Notes: generated by a model from the sequence alone, not told the origin. Shown: positions 42,781-52,545, counted from the stretch's first letter. The stretch: DNA of 64,000 bases from an uncultured Alphaproteobacteria bacterium (GCA_963838365.1 CAWIQR010000012.1:119072-183071); one strand, 5' to 3'. A program made the numbers and translations.

Positions 42781-43986
42781 TCAACGCAAATTCACCACAT
42801 TATCGCTGGCTTCGCGTACGCGGGTGCCGTTGAACAGGCTCAGCATCGGCTCGTCGGTCACGATCACGCATTGCGCGTTGCCAAAGCCGTTAAAGCCGGT
42901 TTTCATCGCCGCGCCGTATGCGCCCAGCATTCCGATCTCGATATAGTCGCCTGCCTGAATGTCGCCGGGCAGCGGGAACGGGCCGGCCATGTAGTCGGCA
43001 TCGTCGCAGGTCGGGCCATAGAATGCGAAATCCTCGACCGCATCGCGCAGGTCATCTTCCAGCGCTGCCACGGGAAAGCGCCACGCGACATGCGCCGCAT
43101 CGTACAGCGCACCATAGGCGCCATCGTTGATGTAAAGCTCATTCCCGCGACGCTTCGTAACCTGAACGATCATGCTGGAATATTCCGCACTCAACGCGCG
43201 GCCCGGCTCGCACCACAGTTCCGCGTTATAGGCAATCGGCAGCGCGTAGAAGTGCTGGTGAATGATCGAGAAGTAATCTTCCAGCGGCGGCGGCTCCATC
43301 CCCGGATACACGCTGGGAAAGCCCCCGCCCACATCGATCATGTCGATCACCACGCTGGCCTCGGCAATTGCGGCACGGGTGCGATCCAGCGCCTGCACAA
43401 AGGCAAACGGCGTCATCGCCTGACTGCCCACATGGAAGCAGATACCCAGCCAGTCGCAATGCTGGCGCGCCTCGCGCAGCAGCACGGGTGCCTCTGTCAG
43501 GTCGCAGCCGAATTTGGATGCAAGGCTGAGTTCCGAATATTCGGAAGAGACGCGCAGACGGACGCACAGCCGCAGATCCTTCGCGGGATCGCCGGTTTCA
43601 GGGTTGCGGCACGCCTCGACAATCTTCTCCAGCTCCTCGGCACTGTCGAGGCTGAATGTCTTGACGCCGTGAGTGTGATACGCCTCGATGATTGCAGCCG
43701 AAGTCTTGATCGGGTGCATGAAGCACAATTGCGCATCGGGCAGGATGCCGCGCACCAGCCGCACTTCCGCGATGGACGCGACGTCGTAATGGGTCACGCC
43801 CGCATCCCACAAAACCTCGATCAGGTCGGGCGCCGGATTGGCCTTGACCGCGTAGAGCACCTTGCCCGGAAACCGGTCGACGAAAAACTTCGCCGCCCGC
43901 CGCGCAGCATGCGGGCGGTTCAGGATAATGGGCTCGTCCGGCGAAAGAGCGGTCGCTACGGCCTTGGCGTCTGAAAATTGGAGCAA
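42781..43986 (-). CDS. Type III PLP-dependent ornithine/lysine decarboxylase
   Basis: YAVKANP (PLP lysine), YDVASIAE, SKFG, FHVGSQ, DVGGGFP, EPGRA and GPTCD. TTG start. Confidence 0.93.
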   Translation of the reverse strand: MLQFSDAKAVATALSPDEPIILNRPHAARRAAKFFVDRFPGKVLYAVKANPAPDLIEVLWDAGVTHYDVASIAEVRLVRGILPDAQLCFMHPIKTSAAIIEAYHTHGVKTFSLDSAEELEKIVEACRNPETGDPAKDLRLCVRLRVSSEYSELSLASKFGCDLTEAPVLLREARQHCDWLGICFHVGSQAMTPFAFVQALDRTRAAIAEASVVIDMIDVGGGFPSVYPGMEPPPLEDYFSIIHQHFYALPIAYNAELWCEPGRALSAEYSSMIVQVTKRRGNELYINDGAYGALYDAAHVAWRFPVAALEDDLRDAVEDFAFYGPTCDDADYMAGPFPLPGDIQAGDYIEIGMLGAYGAAMKTGFNGFGNAQCVIVTDEPMLSLFNGTRVREASDNVVNLR

Positions 43987-44075
43987 TTCAAGGGACCCCC
44001 TAAAGGTTCAGTGTTTAACCAAACGGTTATGAGCCTGCCTTGCGGTAAATGTCCCTTGGGGCAGAGGAAGAGCGC
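43987..44075 (-). promoter_or_regulatory. Putative structured 5' leader of the decarboxylase gene
   Basis: CAAGGGAC/GTCCCTTG perfect 8-bp complement next to the RBS; alternative CTGCC/GGCAG helix; AACC-GTTT-GGTT hairpin; sigma70-like TTGCAT-N16-TATCT upstream. Confidence 0.4.
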
Positions 44076-44137
44076 AGATAGAGATTATGCGGCTTTATGC
44101 AAGCAATATGTTGTGAAATCACATCGGTTCCAGCCAG

Positions 44138-44710
44138 TCAGAACGCCACCTTCGGGGCCTGATCGACGCTGCCGCGCTCGCTATCGTCGAGCCGGTTGAA
44201 ATCGGCGGCCTGAAATCCGAGCAGCCCTGCAAACAGCACCGCCGGAAACGCCTCACGCGCGCTGTTGAAACGCGCCGCGGCGGCATTCAGCGCGCGGCGG
44301 GCGGCGGCGAGCTTGTCCTCTATATCGGCCAGTTCGCGCTGCAATTCCTGATAATTCTCGCTCGCGCGCAGGTCAGGGTAATCCTCCCCCAGTGCCAGCA
44401 GATTATCGAGCGCTACACGCAGTCCGCGTTCATCGCCAGATGTGGGACTGCCGCTGGCCGCCTTGTTGCGCGCGGCGATCACAGCTTTCAGAGTGCCCGT
44501 TTCGTGTCCGGCGTACCCCTTCACCGTTTCAACCAGATTGGGGATCAGATCGTGGCGCTGGCGCAGCTGCGCATCAATATCGGCCACACCCTGATTGACG
44601 TTCTGGCGCAGGCTCACAAGCTGATTGTAAATACCGATCAGCAAAAAGACGAGCGCCACGCTGATTACGACAATCGCCGAAGTCCAGAACCACCCGAAAA
44701 TCTCAACCAT
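44138..44710 (-). CDS. lemA: LemA family protein
   Basis: N-terminal TM, YNQLV, QLRQRHDLIPNLVETVKGYAGHE and EDYPDLRASENY. Confidence 0.92.
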   Translation of the reverse strand: MVEIFGWFWTSAIVVISVALVFLLIGIYNQLVSLRQNVNQGVADIDAQLRQRHDLIPNLVETVKGYAGHETGTLKAVIAARNKAASGSPTSGDERGLRVALDNLLALGEDYPDLRASENYQELQRELADIEDKLAAARRALNAAAARFNSAREAFPAVLFAGLLGFQAADFNRLDDSERGSVDQAPKVAF

Positions 44711-44815
44711 TGTCAAACCCCTGTTGAAGTCACACCCCTGTTTAACGACTTGCGACTATAGTAGCACATAGTGGTTAAAGGATCACAACCTCACCAGGAC
44801 AGCGGCAGGCGCATA

Positions 44816-45847
44816 ATGCACGTGGATGTCGATCAATTGATGCACGGCGAACTCGGACAATGGCTGTCCGATCAATCGGCAATGCGACGTTATGCGATGC
44901 AGAGGGCCAAGGCCCGCTGGATTGGGGGAGGCGCAATTGCCGCCGGAATGATCGCATTTATGTGGTTGGCAACCGACTGGGACGGGGTGTTCGGCGCGCT
45001 CGTTTCGACGGCGCTGGTGATCGGCGTTGCTGTTTTCGGCTATCTTCCCATTGCCGAGGCGAAAAGGGCGATCAAGGTCGGCATCAATTCCGCCATCGCA
45101 CGCAGCCTTGGCGTGTCATACGAACATGATGTGACGCCGGGCGAAGAATTGCCGGTCGCGCTCAAATACGGATTGCTGCCAAGTCATGATCGCCGGACGC
45201 TGGAGGATTGCTGGTCTGGCAAGATGGAGGGCCACCGCTTCCGGCTTTATGAGGTCTGGCTGGAACGGCGTGAGGGTACGGGCAAGAACCAGCGCTGGGT
45301 TACAGTGTTTCGCGGCGCATTGATCGAGATGGAGTTTGGCCGCCCGTTCCATTCCACAACGCTGCTGCAACGCGCGGGCGAGCATCGCAAATGGCTTGGC
45401 TTTGGCGCGGCTAAGGATCACGTCACGTTTTCGGGCCACAGGCTCTCCCTGGTCGATCAGGTCCACCCCGCGTTCGAGGACGTTTTCCAGCTTTACAGCG
45501 ACGATCAGGTGGAGGCGCGGGTGCTGGTCCATCCTTCCTATGTCGAGCATCTGGTTGCCGTGGAACGGGCGTTCGATGGCGATGCGATGCGCGCCTTGTT
45601 TCAGGGCGGCTCGGTAATCGTCGCGGTGCAAAGCGGCGACCTGTTCGAAAGCGGCGCACTGGATGGCGCGCGTGACCGGGAGCGGGTGGAGGAAGCCGCG
45701 CAGCAATTTACCGCGCTTGCTCGACTGGCGTTGGCCATCAACCAGACTGAACGCGGGCGCCCGCTCGGTCAGAGTGGCCCTTATGACGCGCGCGATCTGG
45801 ACAAGTCGGTCGGACTGAGCAGAGGGTTCGGGCGGCGCGGCGTATGA
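44816..45847 (+). CDS. DUF3137 domain membrane protein
   Basis: Two N-terminal TMs, then LEDCWSG, VFRGALI, HPAFEDVFQLYSDDQVEAR and LFESG; this family often lies next to lemA. Confidence 0.7.
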   Translation: MHVDVDQLMHGELGQWLSDQSAMRRYAMQRAKARWIGGGAIAAGMIAFMWLATDWDGVFGALVSTALVIGVAVFGYLPIAEAKRAIKVGINSAIARSLGVSYEHDVTPGEELPVALKYGLLPSHDRRTLEDCWSGKMEGHRFRLYEVWLERREGTGKNQRWVTVFRGALIEMEFGRPFHSTTLLQRAGEHRKWLGFGAAKDHVTFSGHRLSLVDQVHPAFEDVFQLYSDDQVEARVLVHPSYVEHLVAVERAFDGDAMRALFQGGSVIVAVQSGDLFESGALDGARDRERVEEAAQQFTALARLALAINQTERGRPLGQSGPYDARDLDKSVGLSRGFGRRGV

Positions 45848-45862
45848 CGCGGCCATCGTTGC

Positions 45863-47053
45863 TCAGCTCAGCCGGTTGCGAAAATCCTCGTAATCGAACC
45901 GCTTGATGCATTCGAGCGCATCGGTCTCGCTGTCCCACAGCCAGATGCCGGGCAATTGCACGCCGTTGAAGGTGTTGGTCTTCACCATCGAATAATGCGC
46001 CTGATCGAGGAAGGCGAAACGCGCGCCCGCCTCTGCCGCCACTGGCAGGCGATAATCGCCGATCACATCGCCTGCGAGGCATGACGGCCCGCCGAGCCGA
46101 ATGGGAATGCTGTCGTCCTGCAATTCACCAAGCATGGCGGGGCGATAGGGCGCCTCCAACACATCGGGCATGTGGCAGGTGGCGCTGATATCGGTGATAC
46201 CAACGGGCACTTCGTTGAGGAATGTGTCGAGCAGCGTGCCCACGAGTATCCCTGCGTCCAGCGCGACTGCCTCGCCCGGTTCGAGGATGATTTGCGCGCC
46301 GGTATCCGCAGCGGCGTCTTTCAGGAATTCGACCAGTTCATCGCGCTCGTAATCGGCGCGGGTGATGTGGTGTCCGCCACCCATGTTGATCCATTTAAGC
46401 TGACCAAAATACGGCTCAATCACGTCGAAGACGCGGTCCCACGTTGCTCGCAGCGGCTCGAAGGTCTGTTCGCACAGATTGTGGAAGTGGATGCCCTCCA
46501 CGCCTTCCATATGTTCCTCGCTCAACTGGTCGAGCGGAAAACCCAATCGCGAACCGGGCGCGGAGGGATCGTATTTGGAAACTTCGCCAGTGGCGACCTG
46601 CGGATTGATGCGCAGGCCAACCGACACATCTCCCCCCGTGGTCGCTGCGTGGTCAAGGATCAGCGCGGCACGCCGCATCTGGCCGGGCGAATTGAAGATC
46701 ACATGATCCGAAAGGCGGCAGACTTCCTCAAGCTCCTCAGGCTTGTACGCGGCGCAATAGGTCGCGATCTCGCCATCGTAGAACTCGGAAGCCAGTCGTG
46801 CTTCCCACAGGCCGGAGGTGGAGACGCCGTCCAGATATTCGCCCATGATCGGCGCGACCGACCACATACTGAAAGCCTTCAATGCCGCGAAAACCTTGAT
46901 GTCGGCACCATCGGTGCTGGCGGCATCGCGCACGTCGGCGAGCACCTGACAATTTGCGCGCAGCTTCGCCGCGTCCACCACGAATGCGGGACTTTCGACA
47001 CGGGAGAGGTCGAATTTGGCGAAGGCACCCGGATCACCGGCTTTGGTTTGCAT
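45863..47053 (-). CDS. nspC: Carboxynorspermidine/carboxyspermidine decarboxylase
   Basis: ALKAFSMW, TSGLWEARL, GLRINP, HFHNLCEQ, NMGGGHHIT, EPGEA, CHMPD, CLAGD and KTNTFNG. Confidence 0.94.
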   Translation of the reverse strand: MQTKAGDPGAFAKFDLSRVESPAFVVDAAKLRANCQVLADVRDAASTDGADIKVFAALKAFSMWSVAPIMGEYLDGVSTSGLWEARLASEFYDGEIATYCAAYKPEELEEVCRLSDHVIFNSPGQMRRAALILDHAATTGGDVSVGLRINPQVATGEVSKYDPSAPGSRLGFPLDQLSEEHMEGVEGIHFHNLCEQTFEPLRATWDRVFDVIEPYFGQLKWINMGGGHHITRADYERDELVEFLKDAAADTGAQIILEPGEAVALDAGILVGTLLDTFLNEVPVGITDISATCHMPDVLEAPYRPAMLGELQDDSIPIRLGGPSCLAGDVIGDYRLPVAAEAGARFAFLDQAHYSMVKTNTFNGVQLPGIWLWDSETDALECIKRFDYEDFRNRLS

Positions 47054-47075
47054 CTGAAAGTCGGTCCTTTATTGT

Positions 47076-47548
47076 TTCGCGCAGGGGACGCAGAGGAGCA
47101 GAGAACGCAAAGGGCTGTCAGTCAGGGCGGTAATTGTTGACCATCCGCCTGATGCCTTCTTTCATTGTCGCAGAGGAAAAATTCATAAGCAGCCCTACTG
47201 GCTGGTCGGATAGGCGAAGGTATGTCAGCAATTGCTTGGCATGGGCTTTGCTGAGCATCTCGACGGACTTGATTTCAAGGATGAGGCGGGATTCCACAAG
47301 AATATCAATCTTGAATGCCGCGCCAAAGGCGTGGCCATCAAATTCAATGGGTACTGGAAATTGTCGTTCAACGCACAATCCACGCTTTTCAAGTCGGCCC
47401 GCCAGGACAGTCTCATACACGGTCTCGAACAGGCCGGGTCCGAGTTCACGATGGATGCCAATCGCTTCTTCGATCACGATCGAAGAAAGCGCATCAATCG
47501 AGACTCGCGCACTTTGCGGCCTCTGCTCCTCTGCGTCCCCTGCGCGAA
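47076..47548 (-). mobile_element. Candidate minimal mobile element: GxxExxY gene bounded by 37-bp inverted repeats
   Basis: Left IR 47076-47112 TTCGCGCAGGGGACGCAGAGGAGCAGAGAACGCAAAG; the reverse complement of the right IR (47512-47548) matches at 35/37. Confidence 0.6.
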
Positions 47549-47552
47549 CCAA
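47118..47552 (-). CDS. GxxExxY protein (PD-(D/E)XK nuclease superfamily)
   Basis: IHRELGPGLFETVYE (GxxExxY), KIDILVE, LEIKS, QLLTYLRL and GLLMNF. TTG start just after the upstream stop. Confidence 0.92.
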   Translation of the reverse strand: MVRAGDAEEQRPQSARVSIDALSSIVIEEAIGIHRELGPGLFETVYETVLAGRLEKRGLCVERQFPVPIEFDGHAFGAAFKIDILVESRLILEIKSVEMLSKAHAKQLLTYLRLSDQPVGLLMNFSSATMKEGIRRMVNNYRPD

Positions 47553-47556
47553 AACC

Positions 47557-48780
47557 CTAAAACCTCACCGGCCCGTCCAGCTCCTCGACCGTCCACGGCA
47601 GGCCGTGTTCGTTCAGCATCGCCATGAACGGATCTGGGTCCATTTCCTCGATGTTGAACACGCCCTCGCCCGACCACTTGCCGGTCACCATCATCGCCGC
47701 GCCAATCATCGCGGGCACGCCGGTGGTGTAGCTGACGGCCTGATTGCCGGTTTCCTCATAGGCGGCCTCGTGGCTGCAGATATTCTTGATGTAGAACGTC
47801 TTCTCGCCCGATCCATCCAGTGCCTCGCCGGTGGCGATGCAGCCGATATTGGTGTTACCCTTGGTCGTCTCCCCAAGACTCTCGGGTTTGGGCAGAACGG
47901 CAGCGAGGAATTGCAGGGGCACGATTTCCTTGCCCTGATACCGCACTGGCTCAATGCTGGTCATGCCGACATTCTGGAGCACGGTGAGGTGTTTGATATA
48001 CTCATCACCGAACGTCATCCAGAACCGCGCGCGCTCCATTTCGGGCACGAATTTCGCGAGGCTTTCCAGCTCCTCGTGATACATCAGATAGGCGTTTTTC
48101 GGCCCGACCGCCTCGAAATCGAACTCGGTCTTCACCTGCATCGCGGGTGTCTCAACCCACTCACCGTTTTCCCAATGGCGCGCAGGCGCGGTCACTTCGC
48201 GGATGTTGATTTCCGGGTTGAAGTTGGTCGCGAATGCCTGACCGTGATCGCCGCCGTTGCAATCAAGGATATCCAGCGTGCGGATCGTCTTAAGCTTGTG
48301 CTTCTTCAGCCACATGGTGAACACGCTGGTGACGCCGGGATCAAAACCACTGCCCAGCAGCGCCATAAGTCCGGCATCCTTGAACCGGTCGTGATAGGCC
48401 CACTGCCATTTGTATTCGAACTTCGCCTCGTCCTTGGGCTCGTAATTGGCGGTGTCGAGATAGTGCACACCGGCCTCAAGACAGGCGTCCATGATCGGCA
48501 GATCCTGATAGGGCAGCGCGAGGTTGACGACGTGAGTCGCGCCGATCTTGCGGATCAGATTGACCATCGCGGGCACTTCCTCGGCATCGATCTCGTAAGT
48601 CGCAACGTCCACCCCGCAGCGTTCCTTAACGCTGGCGGCGATCGCATCGCACTTTGATTTCGTCCGGCTCGCAAGGTGGATTTGGGGGAAGATCGAGGCG
48701 TTGAACGCCATTTTGTGGACGCAGACCGAGCTGACGCCCCCTGCTCCGATCACCAGCACGGTGTTTGACACTTTCGACAT
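47557..48780 (-). CDS. Carboxynorspermidine synthase/dehydrogenase (saccharopine dehydrogenase family)
   Basis: IGAGGV, ASRTKSKC, YLDTANYE, GSGFDPGVT, ATNFNPEINIRE, YHEELESL and SYTTGVPA; upstream of nspC. Confidence 0.92.
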   Translation of the reverse strand: MSKVSNTVLVIGAGGVSSVCVHKMAFNASIFPQIHLASRTKSKCDAIAASVKERCGVDVATYEIDAEEVPAMVNLIRKIGATHVVNLALPYQDLPIMDACLEAGVHYLDTANYEPKDEAKFEYKWQWAYHDRFKDAGLMALLGSGFDPGVTSVFTMWLKKHKLKTIRTLDILDCNGGDHGQAFATNFNPEINIREVTAPARHWENGEWVETPAMQVKTEFDFEAVGPKNAYLMYHEELESLAKFVPEMERARFWMTFGDEYIKHLTVLQNVGMTSIEPVRYQGKEIVPLQFLAAVLPKPESLGETTKGNTNIGCIATGEALDGSGEKTFYIKNICSHEAAYEETGNQAVSYTTGVPAMIGAAMMVTGKWSGEGVFNIEEMDPDPFMAMLNEHGLPWTVEELDGPVRF

Positions 48781-49048
48781 AACCTACGCCTTTCCAATTC
48801 AATTCTTGCGCGCTCTTAGTGCAATGCGCGGGCAGCCTCAAACGATCCGGCATTTCCTACTGATCGTGCAGGTTGTAAGGCGATGGCATGGCAGAGTTTC
48901 AGTCCAGCAATGTTCGACCCGCACGAAGCGTTCTTGCGGCGCTTTTCGCGGCAGACCCGTGTGCGGTATCCGGCTGGATTGGCGGCAAGGCGGATTTGTC
49001 CTCCTGGACAGTGTGTCATGTGTGTCACGACCACGGGGCGGTGGGCCT

Positions 49049-50020
49049 GTGACTGATCGAGAAACCGCCATTGCACGAACGCCGGATCATGCGGGCACAT
49101 GCGCCGCAGCGCTCAGCATTGCGGCCATCCTGCCGCCCACCCCACTGCTGACTGTTGAGATTGCCGGCCAGCCGGTGTGGGTCAAAGCCGAGACCCTGCA
49201 ACCCATCGGCGCATTCAAGATCCGCGGAGGATGGTGGCGATTATCCAACCTTTCCGAAAGCGAGCGGGCCGCCGGCGTGGTCGCGGTATCCTCCGGCAAT
49301 CACGCGCAGGGCGTCGCATGGGCGGCACGCAAGCTGGGCATCGCGGCGACCATAGTGATGCCGCGCGATGCGCCTGAGGTGAAACTGGCGGGCACGCGCG
49401 CGCTGGGGGCGCAGATTGTGCTGTATGACCGGCCCGGAGAGGACCGCGATGAAGTCGCCGCGCGACTGATTAAGGAGAATGGCGGCACGCTTGTCCACGC
49501 GTTCGGCGATCCGTGGGTGATCGAGGGGCAAGGCTCTGCCGGGATCGAGATTGCCGCGCAATTGGGCCGGTCGCCCTCCCGACTGGTTGCGTGTTGCGGA
49601 GGTGGCGGGCTGGCGGCCGGACTGGCGCTGGCATGCCCGGAGGCGGAGATCCATGTGGTCGAACCCGAAGGCTGGGACATGGTCGGCCAAGCGCTCAACG
49701 CCGGGAAAATCGTGCATGTGGGCGACGATGCTCCAACAACCATCTGCGACGCGCTGCAACCCACCGCGACCAAATCCATCAATCTTGCCGTGCTCCAATC
49801 GCGCGCCGAACCGGGCGTCACCGTGACCGATGAAGAGGTGCGAGACGCGCAACGCTGGGCCTTTGCCAATTTGTGCATGGTGATAGAGCCAGGTGGCGCG
49901 GCCGCCCTCGCCGCCGCGCTGGCAGGCAAGGTGCCGCTGGATGATGGCACCGTTATCATGCTGACTGGCGGCAATGCAGATCCAGCACGCTATGCCCAGA
50001 CAATCGCAGGCTCCGGGTAG
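49049..50020 (+). CDS. PLP-dependent threonine/serine dehydratase family protein
   Basis: KAETLQPIGAFKIRG, SSGNHAQG, CGGGGL, EPGGA and LTGGN. GTG start inferred. Confidence 0.88.
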   Translation: MTDRETAIARTPDHAGTCAAALSIAAILPPTPLLTVEIAGQPVWVKAETLQPIGAFKIRGGWWRLSNLSESERAAGVVAVSSGNHAQGVAWAARKLGIAATIVMPRDAPEVKLAGTRALGAQIVLYDRPGEDRDEVAARLIKENGGTLVHAFGDPWVIEGQGSAGIEIAAQLGRSPSRLVACCGGGGLAAGLALACPEAEIHVVEPEGWDMVGQALNAGKIVHVGDDAPTTICDALQPTATKSINLAVLQSRAEPGVTVTDEEVRDAQRWAFANLCMVIEPGGAAALAAALAGKVPLDDGTVIMLTGGNADPARYAQTIAGSG

Positions 50021-50104
50021 CCTGTTGGAAACCGTCACATTACCGACATGCACGGCGAATATGCCGGATCATCAGGTTCCCGATAAGAAGGCGCACTAGC
50101 AAAA

Positions 50105-51344
50105 ATGGCCGCACAATCGCAACGTATCACCCAGCCCGTTCCCAAGCGTATCATTGCCGATGCGGTGATCCGCAAGGACGCCAGCGCCAAGGATAAATTG
50201 CTCGACAAGGCGTTTGCCCTTGCCTTCAATGGGCTGGTCTACGCCCAGATCTGGGAAGACCCCGTGGTCGATATGCAGGGCCTCGCAATCGAGCCGGACA
50301 GTCGCCTGATGTGCATTGCCAGTGGCAGTTGCAACGCGCTGTCGTATCTTACTGCAGACCCCGCGCAGGTGACCGCCGTGGACCTCAATCCCGCGCATGT
50401 CGCACTGGGTCAGTTGAAGATCACGGCGATCCGGCACCTGCCCAATTATGAGCGTTTCCACCGGTTCTTCGCGCACGCAGACCATCAGGAAAACAAGAAG
50501 CGTCTACGAGCAAATGATTGCCCCGCATCTGGATGATCAAAGCCGCAAGTATTGGGAAAAGCGCGATCTGCGCGGCCGACGCCGGATCAGCTATTTCACC
50601 AAGGGACTGTATCGCAAGGGACTGCTGGGCAATTTCATCGGCCTCGCTCACCTGTTTGCGAAACTGTACAAGATCGACCTTGGCAAGCTGCTTCAGGCGC
50701 AGACGATGGAGGAACAACGAGCCGTGTTCGAACGCGAGCTGGCCCCGGTGTTCGACAAGAAATTCGTACGCTGGCTGACGGATCAGCCCGCCTCACTGTT
50801 CGGCCTCGGCATTCCGCCAGCACAATACACTGAACTGGCGGGCGATGAGCGCATGGCAGAGGTGCTGCGCCGCCGGCTGGAAAAGCTCGCTTGCGATTTT
50901 GAGGTGAAGGACAATTACTTCGCCTGGCAGGCATTTGGCCGGGGCTACAGTCGCACCGGCGACGCGCCGTTGCCGCCTTATCTGCAACGCGCCAACTGGG
51001 AAATGATGCGCGAACGGATTGAGCGGCTGGACGTGGTGCAGGCCAATATGGTTCAATGGATCGGGGATCGCGAGACGGCGTCGATGGACCGGTTCGTGCT
51101 GCTGGATGCGCAGGACTGGATGAACGATGCGCAGTTGGATGAGCTGTGGGGCCGGATCACCGCCTCGTCGCGTCCCGGTGCGCGCGTCCTGTTCCGCACA
51201 GCGGCGGAACCGACAATGCTGCCGGGGAGGCTGGACGACGCGATCCTTTCGAAATGGCGTTATCTTGAGGAGCAATCGGCGCAGCTGACAGCGAACGATC
51301 GGTCCTCCATCTATGGCGGCGTCCACGTTTACGAGCTGGCATGA
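50105..51344 (+). CDS. btaA: BtaA (DUF3419), SAM:diacylglycerol 3-amino-3-carboxypropyl transferase; apparent +1 indel at about 50490-50500
   Basis: FNGLVYAQIWEDPVVD, IASGSCNAL, VDLNPAH, NYFAWQAFGR, LLDAQDWM and DRSSIYGG. Confidence 0.88.
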
Positions 51345-51991
51345 TGGCTTCACAAACTGCTCAAACCGGCCACGCGGCTTTGATGGACAGCGTCTATAGG
51401 GGCCAGCGCCATATCTATGACCTGACGCGCAAATATTACCTGTTCGGGCGCGATACCCTGATCGAGGGGCTGGACGCGCAAGCCGGTATGCGCGTGCTGG
51501 AGATCGCCTGCGGGACCGGGCGCAATATGGCGGTGACGGCAAGGCGATGGCCCGGCGTGCGGCTGTTCGGCCTGGATATTTCCGAGGAAATGCTCAAAAA
51601 TGCGCGCAAGTCCGTGGGCGATGGTGCTGTGCTGCACGTGGGCGACGCGTGCTCCTTTGACAGTGCGCAATTGCTGGGAGAGGATGGATTTGAGCGGATC
51701 ATCCTGTCCTATTCGCTGTCGATGATCCCCGACTGGCAAGGCGCGCTGGATCATGCTGCCGCGCATCTGGCTCCGGGCGGCGAATTGCACATCGTCGATT
51801 TCGGAGACCTTGCCGGGTTGCCGCGCCCGTTGCGCGCCGGGCTGCACGCGTGGTTGGCGAAGTTCCATGTGGAGGCGCGCGCAAATCTGCCCGAAGTTGC
51901 CGCAGGCGTGGCCGCAGCGCGCGGCCTGACCTTTCGATCCACCACCGGAAAACTCGGCTATTTCCAACTGCATGTGCTTTCCGCCAAATAG
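51341..51991 (+). CDS. btaB: BtaB SAM-dependent N-methyltransferase of betaine lipid (DGTS) synthesis
   Basis: MDSVYRGQRHIYDLTRKYYLFGRD, LEIACGTGRN and SYSLSMIPDW; coupled to btaA. Confidence 0.88.
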   Translation: MMASQTAQTGHAALMDSVYRGQRHIYDLTRKYYLFGRDTLIEGLDAQAGMRVLEIACGTGRNMAVTARRWPGVRLFGLDISEEMLKNARKSVGDGAVLHVGDACSFDSAQLLGEDGFERIILSYSLSMIPDWQGALDHAAAHLAPGGELHIVDFGDLAGLPRPLRAGLHAWLAKFHVEARANLPEVAAGVAAARGLTFRSTTGKLGYFQLHVLSAK

Positions 51992-52053
51992 GTTGCAATT
52001 GACAATCCTTCGCCGCGCTCGCACAAAACGGGTCAAAACAGGGGCCTCTATCC

Positions 52054-52509
52054 ATGTTAGCTCAATTCCTTGCCCCGGCTGCCGTGCTTGTCGTGTGGAC
52101 GCTGGTAATCCTGCTCTGGATCATTCCAGCGCGTTTTGGCGCGATTGCAAAGATCGAGGACAAGTCGGTACTGCCCGACAAACAGGGCGTGCGCGGCAAC
52201 GATCTGGAAGGCGTAATTCCGGACAAGGCAAACTGGCCCGCCCACAACCACACTCACCTGCATGAACAGCCAACGCTGTTTTATGCCGTTGTCATGATCA
52301 TCGCGCTGACCGGCCCCGCTGCAATCGATGTGCTGCTGGCCTGGGCGTATGTCGGAGTGCGCGTCGTGCATTCGCTGTGGCAGATTCTGGTCAACTCGAT
52401 CCCGGTACGTTTCGGCCTGTTCCTGACCGGGTCCATCGTGCTGATTGCACTCGCAATCCGCGCCGTGATGGCGACCCTGTTTGCCGATCCTTCCGCGCTT
52501 CCGGGCTGA
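52054..52509 (+). CDS. MAPEG family membrane protein
   Basis: Four hydrophobic segments; WPAHNHTHLHEQPTLFYA and AYVGVRVVHS. Confidence 0.85.
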   Translation: MLAQFLAPAAVLVVWTLVILLWIIPARFGAIAKIEDKSVLPDKQGVRGNDLEGVIPDKANWPAHNHTHLHEQPTLFYAVVMIIALTGPAAIDVLLAWAYVGVRVVHSLWQILVNSIPVRFGLFLTGSIVLIALAIRAVMATLFADPSALPG

Positions 52510-52545
52510 CCGGGGGCGGTTCGACACATGAGAGAAAGCATAATC

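Noticed and set aside
24837-48657. Other long overlapping ORFs (24837..26318, 33070..34485, 42871..43974, 47134..48657 and similar)
   Set aside because: They lie opposite rhlE, topA, the decarboxylase and CASDH, as expected from codon-bias shadowing.
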